DNA of 64,000 nt from Gemmatimonadota bacterium (GTDB lineage Bacteria; Gemmatimonadota; Gemmatimonadetes; Gemmatimonadales; GWC2-71-9), in the NCBI GenBank assembly GCA_036679605.1, contig JAZDCZ010000398.1, positions 32,001 through 96,000 of the forward strand, given 5' to 3'. The stretch's first letter is position 1; every line of letters begins with the position of its first letter. Under the pieces are notes generated by a model that made no database searches, was not told the origin of the DNA, and worked only from the letters and a program-made list of their open reading frames with translations. The translations under genes were made by a program, and so were the position numbers. Shown one piece after another: positions 19,822 through 30,443 of the stretch.

Positions 19822-21327
19822 ATGTCTGACGAGCAAGATCTAGCCGTATTCTTGGCCGAGCTGGTTGGTTTGATGAAAGGCGGGTCAGCTGATGCCGTCG
19901 CGCAGGAGGCGGCGGTAAGGTCGCTTGCTGGACTCACCGGACGGCGTAGCTGGACGATCGGTCTGGAGGGAGATCGCATGGCTGTAGAGGGAGTAGCGGT
20001 ACTCCCCGGTAAGCTGCTGCCCGATCTGATTTCACAGCTCCGCATGCATGGCGTAGCCGAGATCCAGTTCGCATATCGGACCTCGGCTGCGGATATCAGG
20101 CATCTTGCTGAGACCCTAGCACTGCACGGCGCCGGGTTGGAGCAGGCCCAGGACCGCTTGCGGGCGGCTCAGGTTCGCAGGATCTGGGTCCTGGGACCAG
20201 AAAGAGATGAGACGCCTACGAGCGTGAAACCCGAGGCCGACACTGCTGATGCAGAGCCGGCAACACCAGCCCTGCGGCCGATGGAGAAGTCGGAGTACAG
20301 TGAATTGATGCAGAGTACTCGGGCCGGAAAGATCTCGCTGTCGGCGGCCGTCAAGCGGATGCGCAACATGATTGGCGGTCCGCAGCTGTCGCAGGGTCTC
20401 AATGTTGTAGCAGAGGGCGTATTTGATGCGGTTCGCTCGAATCGAGTAGAGGGGGCTCTCGATGCCGTGGCGATCACGATACGGCAGGAGGCCGAGGCGA
20501 CTCAGCACGATGTGCAGTTGTGCTACGGAGTTGTGGTGCGGCGCATGCTGAATCCGGACGTGGTGCGTCCTTTTGCGAAGTTGTTACTGGATCCACTCTA
20601 CTCGGAAGACGTGATGGTCGTGATAAGGCGCGCCGGAGCCAATGCTACGCAGGTGTTGCTCGATCTACTGGTTGCGGCTCCGACCTTTGCAGAACGCCGT
20701 GCGTTTCTCGCGGCTCTCAGAAAGATCGAGGAGGGGACGGACAATATCGTCAGAATGCTGGATCACCACGAGTGGTATGTTGTTAGAAACGTGGCTGATC
20801 TCATTGGGGAACTAGGCCTCGAAGACGCTGTTCCTGGGTTGGGACGGGTCGTGGAGCACCAAGATGTCCGTGTCAGGAGGTCTGTTGCCATAGCCCTCAC
20901 CAGAATCGGAAGTCCAGCCACGATCCGACACGTGCGGACGGCGCTGCGAGATCCTGATCCTGAGATCCGAATGACCGTGGCGAAGGGCATAGGTGGCGCT
21001 GGTCTTGGCGCGCTCGTGATGCCAATCGTAAATCAGGCGGACTCGGAAGAGGAGGAAACGATAAGGGCAGAACTCTACCGGGCCATGGGCCGAATCGGAA
21101 CGCCCGATGCAGTGCAGGCATTGGACAAGGTGTCACGTAAGAGCGGAAAGCTTTTTGGCCCTCGACTCTCGGAGTCCCGCCGTGCAGCTGTCGAGGGTCT
21201 AACGTTGGCCGGTGGAGCGGCGGCGGCTACGGCGCTGGAGTCTCTCAGCAAAGATCGGGACCGGGCGGTGCGTGATGCGGCGCGGCAGGGACTGCAGGAC
21301 CTTAGTTCAAGTAGCGAGCGAATGTGA
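19822..21327 (+). CDS. HEAT repeat protein
   Basis: WYVVRNV, DVRVRRSV, DPEIRMTV, DRAVRDAA repeats. Confidence 0.85.
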   Translation: MSDEQDLAVFLAELVGLMKGGSADAVAQEAAVRSLAGLTGRRSWTIGLEGDRMAVEGVAVLPGKLLPDLISQLRMHGVAEIQFAYRTSAADIRHLAETLALHGAGLEQAQDRLRAAQVRRIWVLGPERDETPTSVKPEADTADAEPATPALRPMEKSEYSELMQSTRAGKISLSAAVKRMRNMIGGPQLSQGLNVVAEGVFDAVRSNRVEGALDAVAITIRQEAEATQHDVQLCYGVVVRRMLNPDVVRPFAKLLLDPLYSEDVMVVIRRAGANATQVLLDLLVAAPTFAERRAFLAALRKIEEGTDNIVRMLDHHEWYVVRNVADLIGELGLEDAVPGLGRVVEHQDVRVRRSVAIALTRIGSPATIRHVRTALRDPDPEIRMTVAKGIGGAGLGALVMPIVNQADSEEEETIRAELYRAMGRIGTPDAVQALDKVSRKSGKLFGPRLSESRRAAVEGLTLAGGAAAATALESLSKDRDRAVRDAARQGLQDLSSSSERM

Positions 21328-21348
21328 GGTTGGTCGGCGGAGAGGGGG

Positions 21349-22116
21349 ACGGAATCGGCATCATTTGAACTGCTCGCAATAGGCTTCGCCGGGGGTGGGT
21401 TGGGAGCGCTGCTAGGTGTCGGTGGCGGTGTAATCCTCGTCCCGGGTTTGTTGTTGGTCGCCGGTCTGGAGTTTCGCAATGCGGTGGCGGCAAGTCTGGT
21501 CTGTGTGGTAGCAACCTCGGTTGCGAGTTCCATCGTCTTCGTGCGGCGCGGTACTGCGGACCTTCCCTTGGCAACCGAACTGCAATTCTTCACGGTATCC
21601 GGGGCCGTGGGCGGTGGCCTAATTGCAGCCTACATTCCTCCGGCTCCACTGTATCTCGTCTTTACTGTACTGCTGACGTATCTGGCCATTCGCATGTGGC
21701 CCGGAGCGAAGGCGACGGAGGAAAAGCGCGACGAGGGCTCAGCCCCGGAGCGCCGGACCCAGGCAGCCGCTGGCTCGGTTGGAGCCGGCATGGTCTCCGG
21801 GTTGCTGGGCATCGGTGGCGGCGTGTTGAATATTCCGGTGCTGCATCTATTGTTGGGACGGACTTTCGATGAGGCGATTCCGACCAGCTCCTACATGATT
21901 GGACTAACCGCGGCGGCCGGGGCACTTGTATATCTGGTGCGAGGAGATGTACCTACCGACATAGTGGGCCTGGCAATGATCGGTACGCTGGCGGGAGCCC
22001 GAATCGCCGCTCGGGTAAGGGATCGATTCGATCAGCGAAGCCTCAAAATATTGTTTGTATTCCTGCTACTCTACGGTGCATACCGAATGGGGATTCGTGG
22101 CGTCGCGCAGTTCTGA
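21349..22116 (+). CDS. TauE/SafE (TSUP) transporter; start uncertain (ACG 21349 or TTG 21400)
   Basis: GALLGVGGG and SGLLGIGGG repeats; multiple TM segments. Confidence 0.88.
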   Translation, partial: TESASFELLAIGFAGGGLGALLGVGGGVILVPGLLLVAGLEFRNAVAASLVCVVATSVASSIVFVRRGTADLPLATELQFFTVSGAVGGGLIAAYIPPAPLYLVFTVLLTYLAIRMWPGAKATEEKRDEGSAPERRTQAAAGSVGAGMVSGLLGIGGGVLNIPVLHLLLGRTFDEAIPTSSYMIGLTAAAGALVYLVRGDVPTDIVGLAMIGTLAGARIAARVRDRFDQRSLKILFVFLLLYGAYRMGIRGVAQF

Positions 22117-22411
22117 CGGAGCGGAAGAGCGGTACCGAGATCGACCTGCGGCAGTTGCGTTGGCCGTTCTGGAGGGAGTTGCCGTAACTTTGGTAATCTC
22201 AGCGATCGTCGTTGAACACGCTGGTGTCTCGGGTGCAATGTCATCGTGGTCTGAGAAGCTCATGTTGGGTGGCATAGTTTCACTATTGCTCGCCCCTGCG
22301 GCCGCGCTCGCTCATCTGGGTGTGCGATTCGCCCTTAGAGGATCTTCGCGCTGCGCATGGTTTGCCTTGGCTACTCTGGGGGTGACCATATTGGGTATTT
22401 ACTTGGCTTGA
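22097..22411 (+). CDS. Small membrane protein, DUF1634-like TSUP partner
   Basis: 3 TM segments, GIVSLLLAP; overlaps the end of TSUP. Confidence 0.55.
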   Translation: MASRSSDGAEERYRDRPAAVALAVLEGVAVTLVISAIVVEHAGVSGAMSSWSEKLMLGGIVSLLLAPAAALAHLGVRFALRGSSRCAWFALATLGVTILGIYLA

Positions 22412-22420
22412 CGAGGTAAA

Positions 22421-23266
22421 GTGCTACCAGACACACTCGGCGTAATCGGACTGGGAGCGATCGGTGGTTCCGTAGCCTGGCAGGCAGCTCGATCAGGGGT
22501 GAAGCGCATAGTGGGGTTCTCTCCGGTGCCAAGAGAGGGTACCTCGGCAATCAGGGTGGGTGCCGTGACGGAAATCGTGGCGGATGCCAATAGAGTTGTC
22601 GAAGCGTCCGACCTGACTGTTATTGCCGCCCCGGCCCAGGCGACTCTGGGACTCCTTGATGAATTGGCAAGTGTGCTCACCTCTCGTGCGGGATACTGCA
22701 CAGATGTGTCGAGCGTGAAGGCCCCGGTGGTGGAGATGGCGGGAAAGCTGGGGCTCGCCGCACGATTTGCCGGGTCACATCCACTGGCGGGCACACACGA
22801 AAGCGGGTTTTCGGCCGCCACGTCAGATCTTTTCCACGGCAAGGTGATATATGTGACTCCAATCCCGGGAGGCGAAGTCGCGGCCAGGGAAGTTGCAGAT
22901 TTTTGGGAGCGAGTGATGAGCGCAACAGTAGTCACGGTGGACGCAAGTGATCACGACGTTGCTTTGGCCTGGACTAGTCATCTGCCTCAGGTCGTAGCAT
23001 CGGCACTTGCAGCTGCGTTGTCCAACAAGGGTCCGCGTGGAGCTGCCGTTGGTTCGGGAGCGCGCTCTACCACGAGGCTGGCCGCAAGCAACGTGGAGAT
23101 GTGGACCGACATCCTCCTACTCAACAAGAACAACGTGCTTGGTGCGCTGGACGGAATGGATCAGGAGATCCAAGAACTTCGGAGGGCGATTTCCAGTGAT
23201 GATGCGGATACCATAGGATCGTGGTTGGAGGCCGGTCGTAAGTGGCGCGCACATCTCGACGCGTGA
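22421..23266 (+). CDS. tyrA: Prephenate/arogenate dehydrogenase
   Basis: GLGAIGGS, TDVSSVK, HPLAG, HD...SHLPQ, TTRLA. Confidence 0.93.
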   Translation: MLPDTLGVIGLGAIGGSVAWQAARSGVKRIVGFSPVPREGTSAIRVGAVTEIVADANRVVEASDLTVIAAPAQATLGLLDELASVLTSRAGYCTDVSSVKAPVVEMAGKLGLAARFAGSHPLAGTHESGFSAATSDLFHGKVIYVTPIPGGEVAAREVADFWERVMSATVVTVDASDHDVALAWTSHLPQVVASALAAALSNKGPRGAAVGSGARSTTRLAASNVEMWTDILLLNKNNVLGALDGMDQEIQELRRAISSDDADTIGSWLEAGRKWRAHLDA

Positions 23267-24534
23267 AAGTCGGAGGAGTAATCCGGCCACCCGGCGACAA
23301 GAGTATTACTCACAGAGCACTTATTGTCTCTGCACTGACGCACTCATCCGTAAGTATCACTGGCTCACTCGACTCAGCTGACGCACGACGCACCGCTGTC
23401 GTTCTACGGCAACTCGGAGCTGAGATAGATTCTTTCGAGCGGGGCCGTGCTGTGCAGGTCCGTGGTAGACAGTGGACCGCCCCCTCTTCCACACTTGACT
23501 GTGGTAATTCCGGCACCACAGCCCGCCTCATGCTGGGAGCGCTAGCCGGTCACGATTTCAGAGCCCGGCTGACCGGCGATTCTTCGTTGCGTCGTCGGCC
23601 CATGCTCAGGGTTACCGAACCGCTCGCAGCGATGGGCGCATCCATCAGCGATCGAGATGGTGACGGAATGCCTATCGATATCCAGGGCGGCAAGCTGCGT
23701 TCGATCAGCTACGAGAGTCCAGTGGCAAGCGCGCAGGTCAAGAGCGCTATTCTACTCGCTGGTCTCACTGGCGGAGTGCCGGTGACAGTGATCGAGCCGG
23801 TGCGATCCCGTGATCACACCGAGCGCCTGTTCAAGTTCCTGGGTTTCGATATTCGTGTAGAAGGTACGACAGTTAGGCTGCATGGCGCGACGGAGAACTG
23901 GCCCCAGATCGCGAGCTTCGATTTGACGATCCCGGGTGATCCTTCGTCTGCAGCTTTTCTGGTTGGTGCAGCTGTGTTGGCGGAGCACGGCGAATTGCTC
24001 ATCGAGTGTGTTGGAGTGAATCCGACGCGCACTGGATTTCTCGCCGTGCTGCAGAGGATGGGGGCGCAGGTCGAGCAACTCAACCTACGTGAGATGGCTG
24101 GCGAGCCGGTCGCCGATCTCATGGTAAAGTCGCATCCGTTGACAGGTACGGAGATAGTGGCGGATGAAATACCTAGCCTGATAGACGAGATACCGTTGCT
24201 CGCTGCATTGGCAGCACGTGCTCACGGTGAGACCACTTTCCGGTCTGTTGGCGAGCTTCGCGTGAAAGAAAGCGACAGGCTCGCGCTCATTACCGAGAAT
24301 CTCAGGGCAATAGGGGGGACGGCCGAGATTCAGGGTGAGGATTTAGTTGTGGTTGGTTCGCGTCAGCCGTTGAGGGGCAGGGTGGAGACAGCAGGAGACC
24401 ATCGACTCACGATGAGCTTTGCAGTCCTAGGCACGACCCCGGCGTCAGATATCGAACTTTCGGAGAGTGAATCAGCTGGAGTGAGCTACCCAAACTTTTT
24501 CTCTGACTTGGACCGGTTGTTCACCGATGCCTAG
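23263..24534 (+). CDS. aroA: EPSP synthase
   Basis: PGDKSITHR, CGNSGTT, SAQVKSA, RDHTE, LRVKESDR, DHR. Confidence 0.97.
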   Translation: MKVGGVIRPPGDKSITHRALIVSALTHSSVSITGSLDSADARRTAVVLRQLGAEIDSFERGRAVQVRGRQWTAPSSTLDCGNSGTTARLMLGALAGHDFRARLTGDSSLRRRPMLRVTEPLAAMGASISDRDGDGMPIDIQGGKLRSISYESPVASAQVKSAILLAGLTGGVPVTVIEPVRSRDHTERLFKFLGFDIRVEGTTVRLHGATENWPQIASFDLTIPGDPSSAAFLVGAAVLAEHGELLIECVGVNPTRTGFLAVLQRMGAQVEQLNLREMAGEPVADLMVKSHPLTGTEIVADEIPSLIDEIPLLAALAARAHGETTFRSVGELRVKESDRLALITENLRAIGGTAEIQGEDLVVVGSRQPLRGRVETAGDHRLTMSFAVLGTTPASDIELSESESAGVSYPNFFSDLDRLFTDA

Positions 24535-25201
24535 TCGGGTCATCGCGATAGATGGTCCGGCGGGCGCGGGGAAATCGACCACCGCACGTGCCGTGGCCGA
24601 GCAATTGGGTATGTGCCATCTAGATAGTGGGGCTCTGTATAGAGCCCTAACCCTAGCTGACCTGGATGCGGAGGACGAACTGTCGGGCCAGCAGATAGTT
24701 GGGTTGGCCCGGTCACTGCCGGTCGGACTACGCCTTACAGAGCTTGGGTTTCTACCGGAGGTTGCCGGTGTGGATGTATCCAATGAGGTTCGCTCTCCTC
24801 GGGTGACGGCACGAGTGTCCGAAGTATCGGCTATTCCGGAGGTACGTGATTGGGTAAACCAGGCGCTGAGAGAGGCAGCGACCCTCCATCCCAACGGCGT
24901 CGTAGTCGACGGGCGCGACATAGGAACAGTGGTATTTCCGGAGGCTTCCCTCAAAGTGTTTCTCACGGCGGCTCCGGAGGAACGCGCGCGTCGTCGTTTG
25001 CTACAGGAAGGCAAGCCTATTGATCCCGCAAACGTTGCCGAGATCCTGGAGGAGCAGGAAGTGCGAGACGCGGCCGACTCCAGCCGGTCGGTTGCCCCCC
25101 TTGCGGCAGCTGCAGATGCCATCGTGATCGACACGTCTGCGATGACCTTTGAAGCGCAGGTCAATAGGATTGCCCAAGAAGCTCGGAAAGCGTTCTCCTA
25201 G
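24527..25201 (+). CDS. cmk: Cytidylate kinase
   Basis: IAIDGPAGAGKST, DSGALYR, DGRDIGTVVFP. Confidence 0.97.
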   Translation: MPSRVIAIDGPAGAGKSTTARAVAEQLGMCHLDSGALYRALTLADLDAEDELSGQQIVGLARSLPVGLRLTELGFLPEVAGVDVSNEVRSPRVTARVSEVSAIPEVRDWVNQALREAATLHPNGVVVDGRDIGTVVFPEASLKVFLTAAPEERARRRLLQEGKPIDPANVAEILEEQEVRDAADSSRSVAPLAAAADAIVIDTSAMTFEAQVNRIAQEARKAFS

Positions 25202-25202
25202 C

Positions 25203-25231
25203 TTGACATAGGTATGGCCCCGCTCTATGCT
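25203..25231 (+). promoter_or_regulatory. sigma70 promoter of rpsA
   Basis: TTGACA-17 bp-TATGCT. Confidence 0.75.
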
Positions 25232-25304
25232 TCATGGCTTGTCGCCTTCCGCATGGGAAAGCGGCGTTTGGCTATTAACGGAGTGTTTTGGAACCACCAT
25301 TTAC

Positions 25305-27293
25305 ATGGCAGACGAGTCGCAAGAAACCACAACCGCTTCCAGTGCTGGACCATCCGTCCTAGCTGACGAGCCCACCTCCCTAGCTGACGAGCCCACCTCG
25401 CTTCGCATACGTCCGGATCTCTATGACGAGGACTACAGTGATGAAGAATATCAGCAGATGCTCGATTTGTACGAAGGTACGCTTCAGAGCATTGCCGAAG
25501 GCGAAATTGTCACTTCAAAGGTTCTCCGGGTTACAGACACACATGTAATTCTGGACGTCGGATTCAAATCTGAAGGTGCCGTTTCCATAGAGCAGTTCAA
25601 GTCACCCGAATCGATCAGTGCGGGAGACGAGGTCGAAGTATTCTTGGAGAAGCTGGAGGACGAAGACGGCGCGGTAGTGCTGTCCAAGAAGAAAGCCGAC
25701 TTCATGCGGGTCTGGGAAAAGATTCGGGAGGCGTACGAAGGCGACGAGGCGGTCAAGGGCAGTCTGCAGAAGAAAATTAAGGGTGGGGTAGTGGTAGACC
25801 TAATGGGGGTCGACGCGTTCTTACCGGGTAGTCAAATCGCTTTGCGGCGCGTTCCAAATCTCGACGAGCTGTTGGGTCAGGAGCTTGAGTTCAAAATTAT
25901 CAAGCTGAATAAGCGACGCCGTAACATCGTTGTCTCCCGCCGGGTCATTCTTGAGGCCGAGCGCGCTAACAAGCGCGAGGATCTGATCAAGGACCTCGAA
26001 GTCGGCCAGGTTCGTAAGGGCGGCGTGAAGAACATCACCGACTTTGGTGCGTTCATCGATCTTGGCGGTGTGGACGGTCTCCTACACATCACCGACATGA
26101 GTTATGGCCGAGTGTCGCATCCATCTGAGATCGTCGAGATGGGCCAGGACGTCGACGTAAAGATCCTCGACATCGACTGGGACAGGGAACGGATCTCCCT
26201 TGGACTCAAGCAGCTACAGGAATACCCCTGGGAGAATGTTGCCGAGAAGTACCCGGTGGGAGCACGGGTCCAGGGCAAGGTCGTAAGTATCACGAACTAC
26301 GGCGCTTTTGTGGAGCTAGAGCCGGGGATCGAAGGGTTGGTACACATCAGCGAGATGAGCTGGACACGCAACGTGCGCCATCCTTCGAAAATCGTGTCGA
26401 TTGGTGAGACGATCGAAGCTGTGGTCTTGAAGGTCGATTCGGGCGAAGAGAAGATATCTCTTGGAATGAAGCAGACTGAGCAAGATCCCTGGTTGGTTTT
26501 GCCGATGAAATATCCCCTCCAAACGCGAATCACTGGCAAAGTCCGCAATCTTACTTCGTTCGGCGCATTTGTCGAAATAGAACCCGGCATAGACGGCCTT
26601 ATCCACATTTCAGATATGTCGTGGACGAAGCGAGTCCAGCACCCGTCTGAAGTGTTAAAGAAGGCCGACTCTGTCGATGTGGTGATTCTAAACATCGACA
26701 CCGAGAACAAGAGAATATCCCTGGGGTTGAAGCAGGCCCAAGAAGATCCGTGGCTCAAGATCGGCGAAGACTACCCCGTTGGGACCGAGATGGACGGGCA
26801 TATTGTGCGGTTCCAAGAGGGAGGAGTGGTAGTGGATCTCGGCAACGACCTGGAGGGGTTTGTACCTGAAGCGCAGCTACCAATTCCAGAGGGAAAGTCT
26901 GTCGAGAGTTGTGTTCGTGCCGCGCAGGCCGCGTCGCTCAAGGTGATGGAAGTTGACCCCATACACCACCGCATCATGCTGGCCGTGACAGAGTTGGGCG
27001 AGTTGCCGGCCATCGAAGAGGCTGCAAGCATCCCCGCAATTCAGGGCGACGAGACGATTGGGGACGATTATGAAGCTGCTCTTGCCGAAGCAGCCGCCAT
27101 TGAAGAGACCCCAGACACAACAGCATCAGCCGTCGCCAAGGAAGAGGCTGAAGTTGAGGTGGCTGAAGTTGAGGTGGCTGAAGCGGAGGTGGCTAGCGTT
27201 GAAGGGGGCGAGGACGGAACTCCGGAACCAGTAGACTCCCAGACGCAGGACGCGCCGGAGGCAAAGCACGAGGTCGACGCGCGCCCGGAGTGA
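25305..27293 (+). CDS. rpsA: 30S ribosomal protein S1
   Basis: Six S1 domains (DVGFKSEG, FGAFIDLGGVDGLLHITD...); acidic tails; ORF-track start 25227 lies inside the -10 box. Confidence 0.97.
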   Translation: MADESQETTTASSAGPSVLADEPTSLADEPTSLRIRPDLYDEDYSDEEYQQMLDLYEGTLQSIAEGEIVTSKVLRVTDTHVILDVGFKSEGAVSIEQFKSPESISAGDEVEVFLEKLEDEDGAVVLSKKKADFMRVWEKIREAYEGDEAVKGSLQKKIKGGVVVDLMGVDAFLPGSQIALRRVPNLDELLGQELEFKIIKLNKRRRNIVVSRRVILEAERANKREDLIKDLEVGQVRKGGVKNITDFGAFIDLGGVDGLLHITDMSYGRVSHPSEIVEMGQDVDVKILDIDWDRERISLGLKQLQEYPWENVAEKYPVGARVQGKVVSITNYGAFVELEPGIEGLVHISEMSWTRNVRHPSKIVSIGETIEAVVLKVDSGEEKISLGMKQTEQDPWLVLPMKYPLQTRITGKVRNLTSFGAFVEIEPGIDGLIHISDMSWTKRVQHPSEVLKKADSVDVVILNIDTENKRISLGLKQAQEDPWLKIGEDYPVGTEMDGHIVRFQEGGVVVDLGNDLEGFVPEAQLPIPEGKSVESCVRAAQAASLKVMEVDPIHHRIMLAVTELGELPAIEEAASIPAIQGDETIGDDYEAALAEAAAIEETPDTTASAVAKEEAEVEVAEVEVAEAEVASVEGGEDGTPEPVDSQTQDAPEAKHEVDARPE

Positions 27294-27347
27294 GGGACCG
27301 AGCGCGTTTGATTCAATAGATCCTATCCTCTCTCACCGTACCGGTCT

Positions 27348-28898
27348 GTGACGATCAAGAAAAAACTCGAGACATTTAACCAACTTTCCTCACAGGCGGA
27401 GTTGGGGGGCGGTACCGATCGCATCGAGCAGCAGCATGCGAAAGGCAAGCTCACGGCGCGCGAGCGTCTCGATCTATTGCTCGATGACGGGACGTTTGTA
27501 GAGCTTGACCGGTTTGTCACCCACCGTTCGACCGATTTCGGACTGGCCGACAACAAACCACTGGGCGATGGAGTGGTTACCGGATATGGACGGATCGATG
27601 GTCGGCTGGTTTACGTGTTCTCACAGGACTTCACCGTGTTTGGCGGATCTCTCGCGGAAGCTCACGCAGAGAAAATCTGCAAGATCATGGATCACGCTGT
27701 AAGAAACGGTGTTCCGCTCATTGGGCTAAACGATTCGGGCGGTGCGCGGATCCAGGAAGGCGTCGTGTCCCTAGGTGGCTACGCCGATATTTTCCTCCGC
27801 AACACAAAGATGTCCGGAGTCGTGCCGCAGATTAGCGCGATTTTGGGACCCTGCGCTGGGGGGGCTGTGTACAGCCCTGCTATCACCGATTTCGTTTTCA
27901 TGGTTCGTGGTATTTCCTACATGTTTGTCACGGGTCCGAACGTAGTAAAGACGGTGACGCACGAGAACTTGACAGCAGAGCAACTCGGCGGCTCGGACGT
28001 GCACGCATCGATTTCGGGCGTAGCGCACTTCGCTCACAATTCCGAAATCGAATGCATCAACGAAATACGCCGCCTACTTTCGTTCGTACCGAGCAACAAT
28101 TTGGACAGTCCGCCCGTCTCTGAATCCGATGATCCTGCCGAGAGGTGTGACGAAGCCCTATTGGAAATCGTACCCGACAATCCCACCAAGCCGTATGACA
28201 TGGGCGATGTTATAAGTCATGTCGTCGACGACGGTGATTTCTTGCAGGTACATCGCGACTTCGCAGCGAATATCATCGTGGGATTTGCGCGATTGGGGGG
28301 GCATCCTGTTGGGGTCGTTGCGAATCAGCCAGCTTTCCTAGCGGGAGTCTTGGATAGTAACGCGTCTCTGAAGGGCGCGAGATTCATTCGTTTCTGTGAT
28401 GCGTTCAATATTCCACTCATCACGTTCGAGGACGTGCCCGGATTTCTCCCGGGTGTGGAGCAGGAACACGGAGGCATCATCAAGCACGGAGCCAAGCTCC
28501 TTTTTGCGTATGCCGAGGCTACTGTTCCGAAACTGACCGTGATCACGCGCAAGGCCTACGGAGGAGCTTACGACGTGATGAGTTCGAAGCACGTGGGGGG
28601 TGACTTCAATGTTGGCTGGCCCAGCGCCGAGATAGCGGTAATGGGTCCAAAGGGGGCGGCGGAGATTCTATTCAAGCGGAAAATTGCGGCGGCGGATGAT
28701 CCCGAGGCCAAACTCGAGGAACTCGTCGTCGAATACAGAGATAAGTTTGCCGACCCATACCACGCCGCGTCCCGCGGTTTTCTGGACGACGTAATCGATC
28801 CGAGGCAAACGCGACCCCGTCTCATCTCAGCTCTGAAAACCCTTCTTACGAAGCGAGACGCGCACCCCCCGAAGAAGCATGGGAATATTCCCCTGTAA
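27348..28898 (+). CDS. pccB: Acyl-CoA (propionyl-CoA) carboxylase carboxyltransferase subunit
   Basis: [43 protein letters not shown]. Confidence 0.92.
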   Translation: MTIKKKLETFNQLSSQAELGGGTDRIEQQHAKGKLTARERLDLLLDDGTFVELDRFVTHRSTDFGLADNKPLGDGVVTGYGRIDGRLVYVFSQDFTVFGGSLAEAHAEKICKIMDHAVRNGVPLIGLNDSGGARIQEGVVSLGGYADIFLRNTKMSGVVPQISAILGPCAGGAVYSPAITDFVFMVRGISYMFVTGPNVVKTVTHENLTAEQLGGSDVHASISGVAHFAHNSEIECINEIRRLLSFVPSNNLDSPPVSESDDPAERCDEALLEIVPDNPTKPYDMGDVISHVVDDGDFLQVHRDFAANIIVGFARLGGHPVGVVANQPAFLAGVLDSNASLKGARFIRFCDAFNIPLITFEDVPGFLPGVEQEHGGIIKHGAKLLFAYAEATVPKLTVITRKAYGGAYDVMSSKHVGGDFNVGWPSAEIAVMGPKGAAEILFKRKIAAADDPEAKLEELVVEYRDKFADPYHAASRGFLDDVIDPRQTRPRLISALKTLLTKRDAHPPKKHGNIPL

Positions 28899-28919
28899 GG
28901 AGTCACAGGTACGAGGTGT

Positions 28920-30443
28920 GTGTTGACTGAGTCTAACAAGCTGAGGCGCGTTCTCGTTGCGAACCGGGGGGAAATCGCGGTCAGAATCATCCGCGCCTGC
29001 CACGAAGAGGGATTGGAATCCGTGGCAGTTTACTCAGAGGCAGACAGGTCGAGTCTCCACGTCCAACTCGCGGATCAGGGCTTCGAACTTGGTCCAGCTC
29101 CGGCAGCTGAATCGTACCTCAACATCGAGCGGTTGCTAAAGGCGGCAGATGAAACGGGAGCAGATGCTATCCACCCCGGATACGGCTTCTTAGCCGAGAG
29201 CGCTGATTTTGCCGAAGCGGTGCACAGAGCCGGCCTAACCTTCGTCGGTCCTTCTGCGGACGCCTTGCGCATAATGGGCAACAAGACAGAGGCACGACTG
29301 CAGATGGCTCGGGCCGGCGTGCCGGTGGTACCAGGTTCTGCGGGACCGACCGGTACGGTGCACGAGGCGTTGGATGCTGCTAGCGAGATCGGGTATCCGG
29401 TGTTGCTGAAGGCAGTCGCGGGAGGCGGCGGCAGGGGCATGCGTAGCGTCGACTGCTCTGAGGATCTTGAGCGCGAGTTCGAGCGCGCTTCGTCGGAAGC
29501 CCGATCAGCGTTTGGCGACGGAGCCGTCTATGTGGAGCGGCTGATAGAGCGACCTCGCCATGTAGAGATCCAGGTGTTGGGAGATCGGTTTGGCAATGTC
29601 CTGCATTTGGGAGAGCGTGAGTGCTCCATTCAGCGACGCCATCAGAAATTGATAGAGGAATCCCCGTCGCCGGCGGTGGATATGGATCTACGAGCCGCCA
29701 TGGGTAGAACAGCGGTCAAGGCGGCAGTGTCAGTTGGCTACTGGAGTGCGGGAACCGTCGAATTTCTACTCACGCCCAATGGCGAATACTATTTCCTCGA
29801 GATGAATACGCGGCTGCAGGTAGAGCACCCAATCACTGAGATGGTGTATGGTGTTGACCTGGTCAGGGAGCAGTTGAGAGTAGCGGCGGGACTGCCCACC
29901 ACTTTGCCGGGTCGGCCGATGGTCCCCCGCGGCCATTCGATCGAATGTCGCATCACAGCAGAGGATCCATTCAACGGATTTCTTCCTGCGACCGGAGTTG
30001 TGGAGTACATGCGTGTCCCATCCGGTCCGGGAATCCGCTGGGACGGCGGCATCGATTCGGGTAGTGAGGTGAGTCCTTACTACGACTCACTGATTGGCAA
30101 GTTGGTGGTCTGGGCCGAGAATAGAGAAAACGCGATAGTCCGAATGCGCAGGGCTCTTGATGAACTCGTCATCGTTGGGCTTCCAACGTCACAGCCGTTT
30201 CATCGGCGAGTGATGTCAGAACCGGCATTTACGAAGGGCGACTACGACATCGAGTACCTCGACCGAGTGGGCAGCGACCTGCTTGCCGAACAACCCGCGG
30301 AGAGCGAACTCGAAACGGTCGCTATCGCAGCCGCTCTGTCAGAGCACGCGGCCCGGAACAGACGGGTTAGAGCAGCACCGAACCTGGCAGGTCATTGCGA
30401 TAGCCCCTGGTTGATAGCGGCGCGCCGCGGCGGGTTGCGATGA
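28920..30443 (+). CDS. accC: Biotin carboxylase
   Basis: ANRGEIA, HPGYGFLAE, GGGGRGM, ERECSIQRRHQK, EMNTRLQVEHP. Confidence 0.95.
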   Translation: MLTESNKLRRVLVANRGEIAVRIIRACHEEGLESVAVYSEADRSSLHVQLADQGFELGPAPAAESYLNIERLLKAADETGADAIHPGYGFLAESADFAEAVHRAGLTFVGPSADALRIMGNKTEARLQMARAGVPVVPGSAGPTGTVHEALDAASEIGYPVLLKAVAGGGGRGMRSVDCSEDLEREFERASSEARSAFGDGAVYVERLIERPRHVEIQVLGDRFGNVLHLGERECSIQRRHQKLIEESPSPAVDMDLRAAMGRTAVKAAVSVGYWSAGTVEFLLTPNGEYYFLEMNTRLQVEHPITEMVYGVDLVREQLRVAAGLPTTLPGRPMVPRGHSIECRITAEDPFNGFLPATGVVEYMRVPSGPGIRWDGGIDSGSEVSPYYDSLIGKLVVWAENRENAIVRMRRALDELVIVGLPTSQPFHRRVMSEPAFTKGDYDIEYLDRVGSDLLAEQPAESELETVAIAAALSEHAARNRRVRAAPNLAGHCDSPWLIAARRGGLR

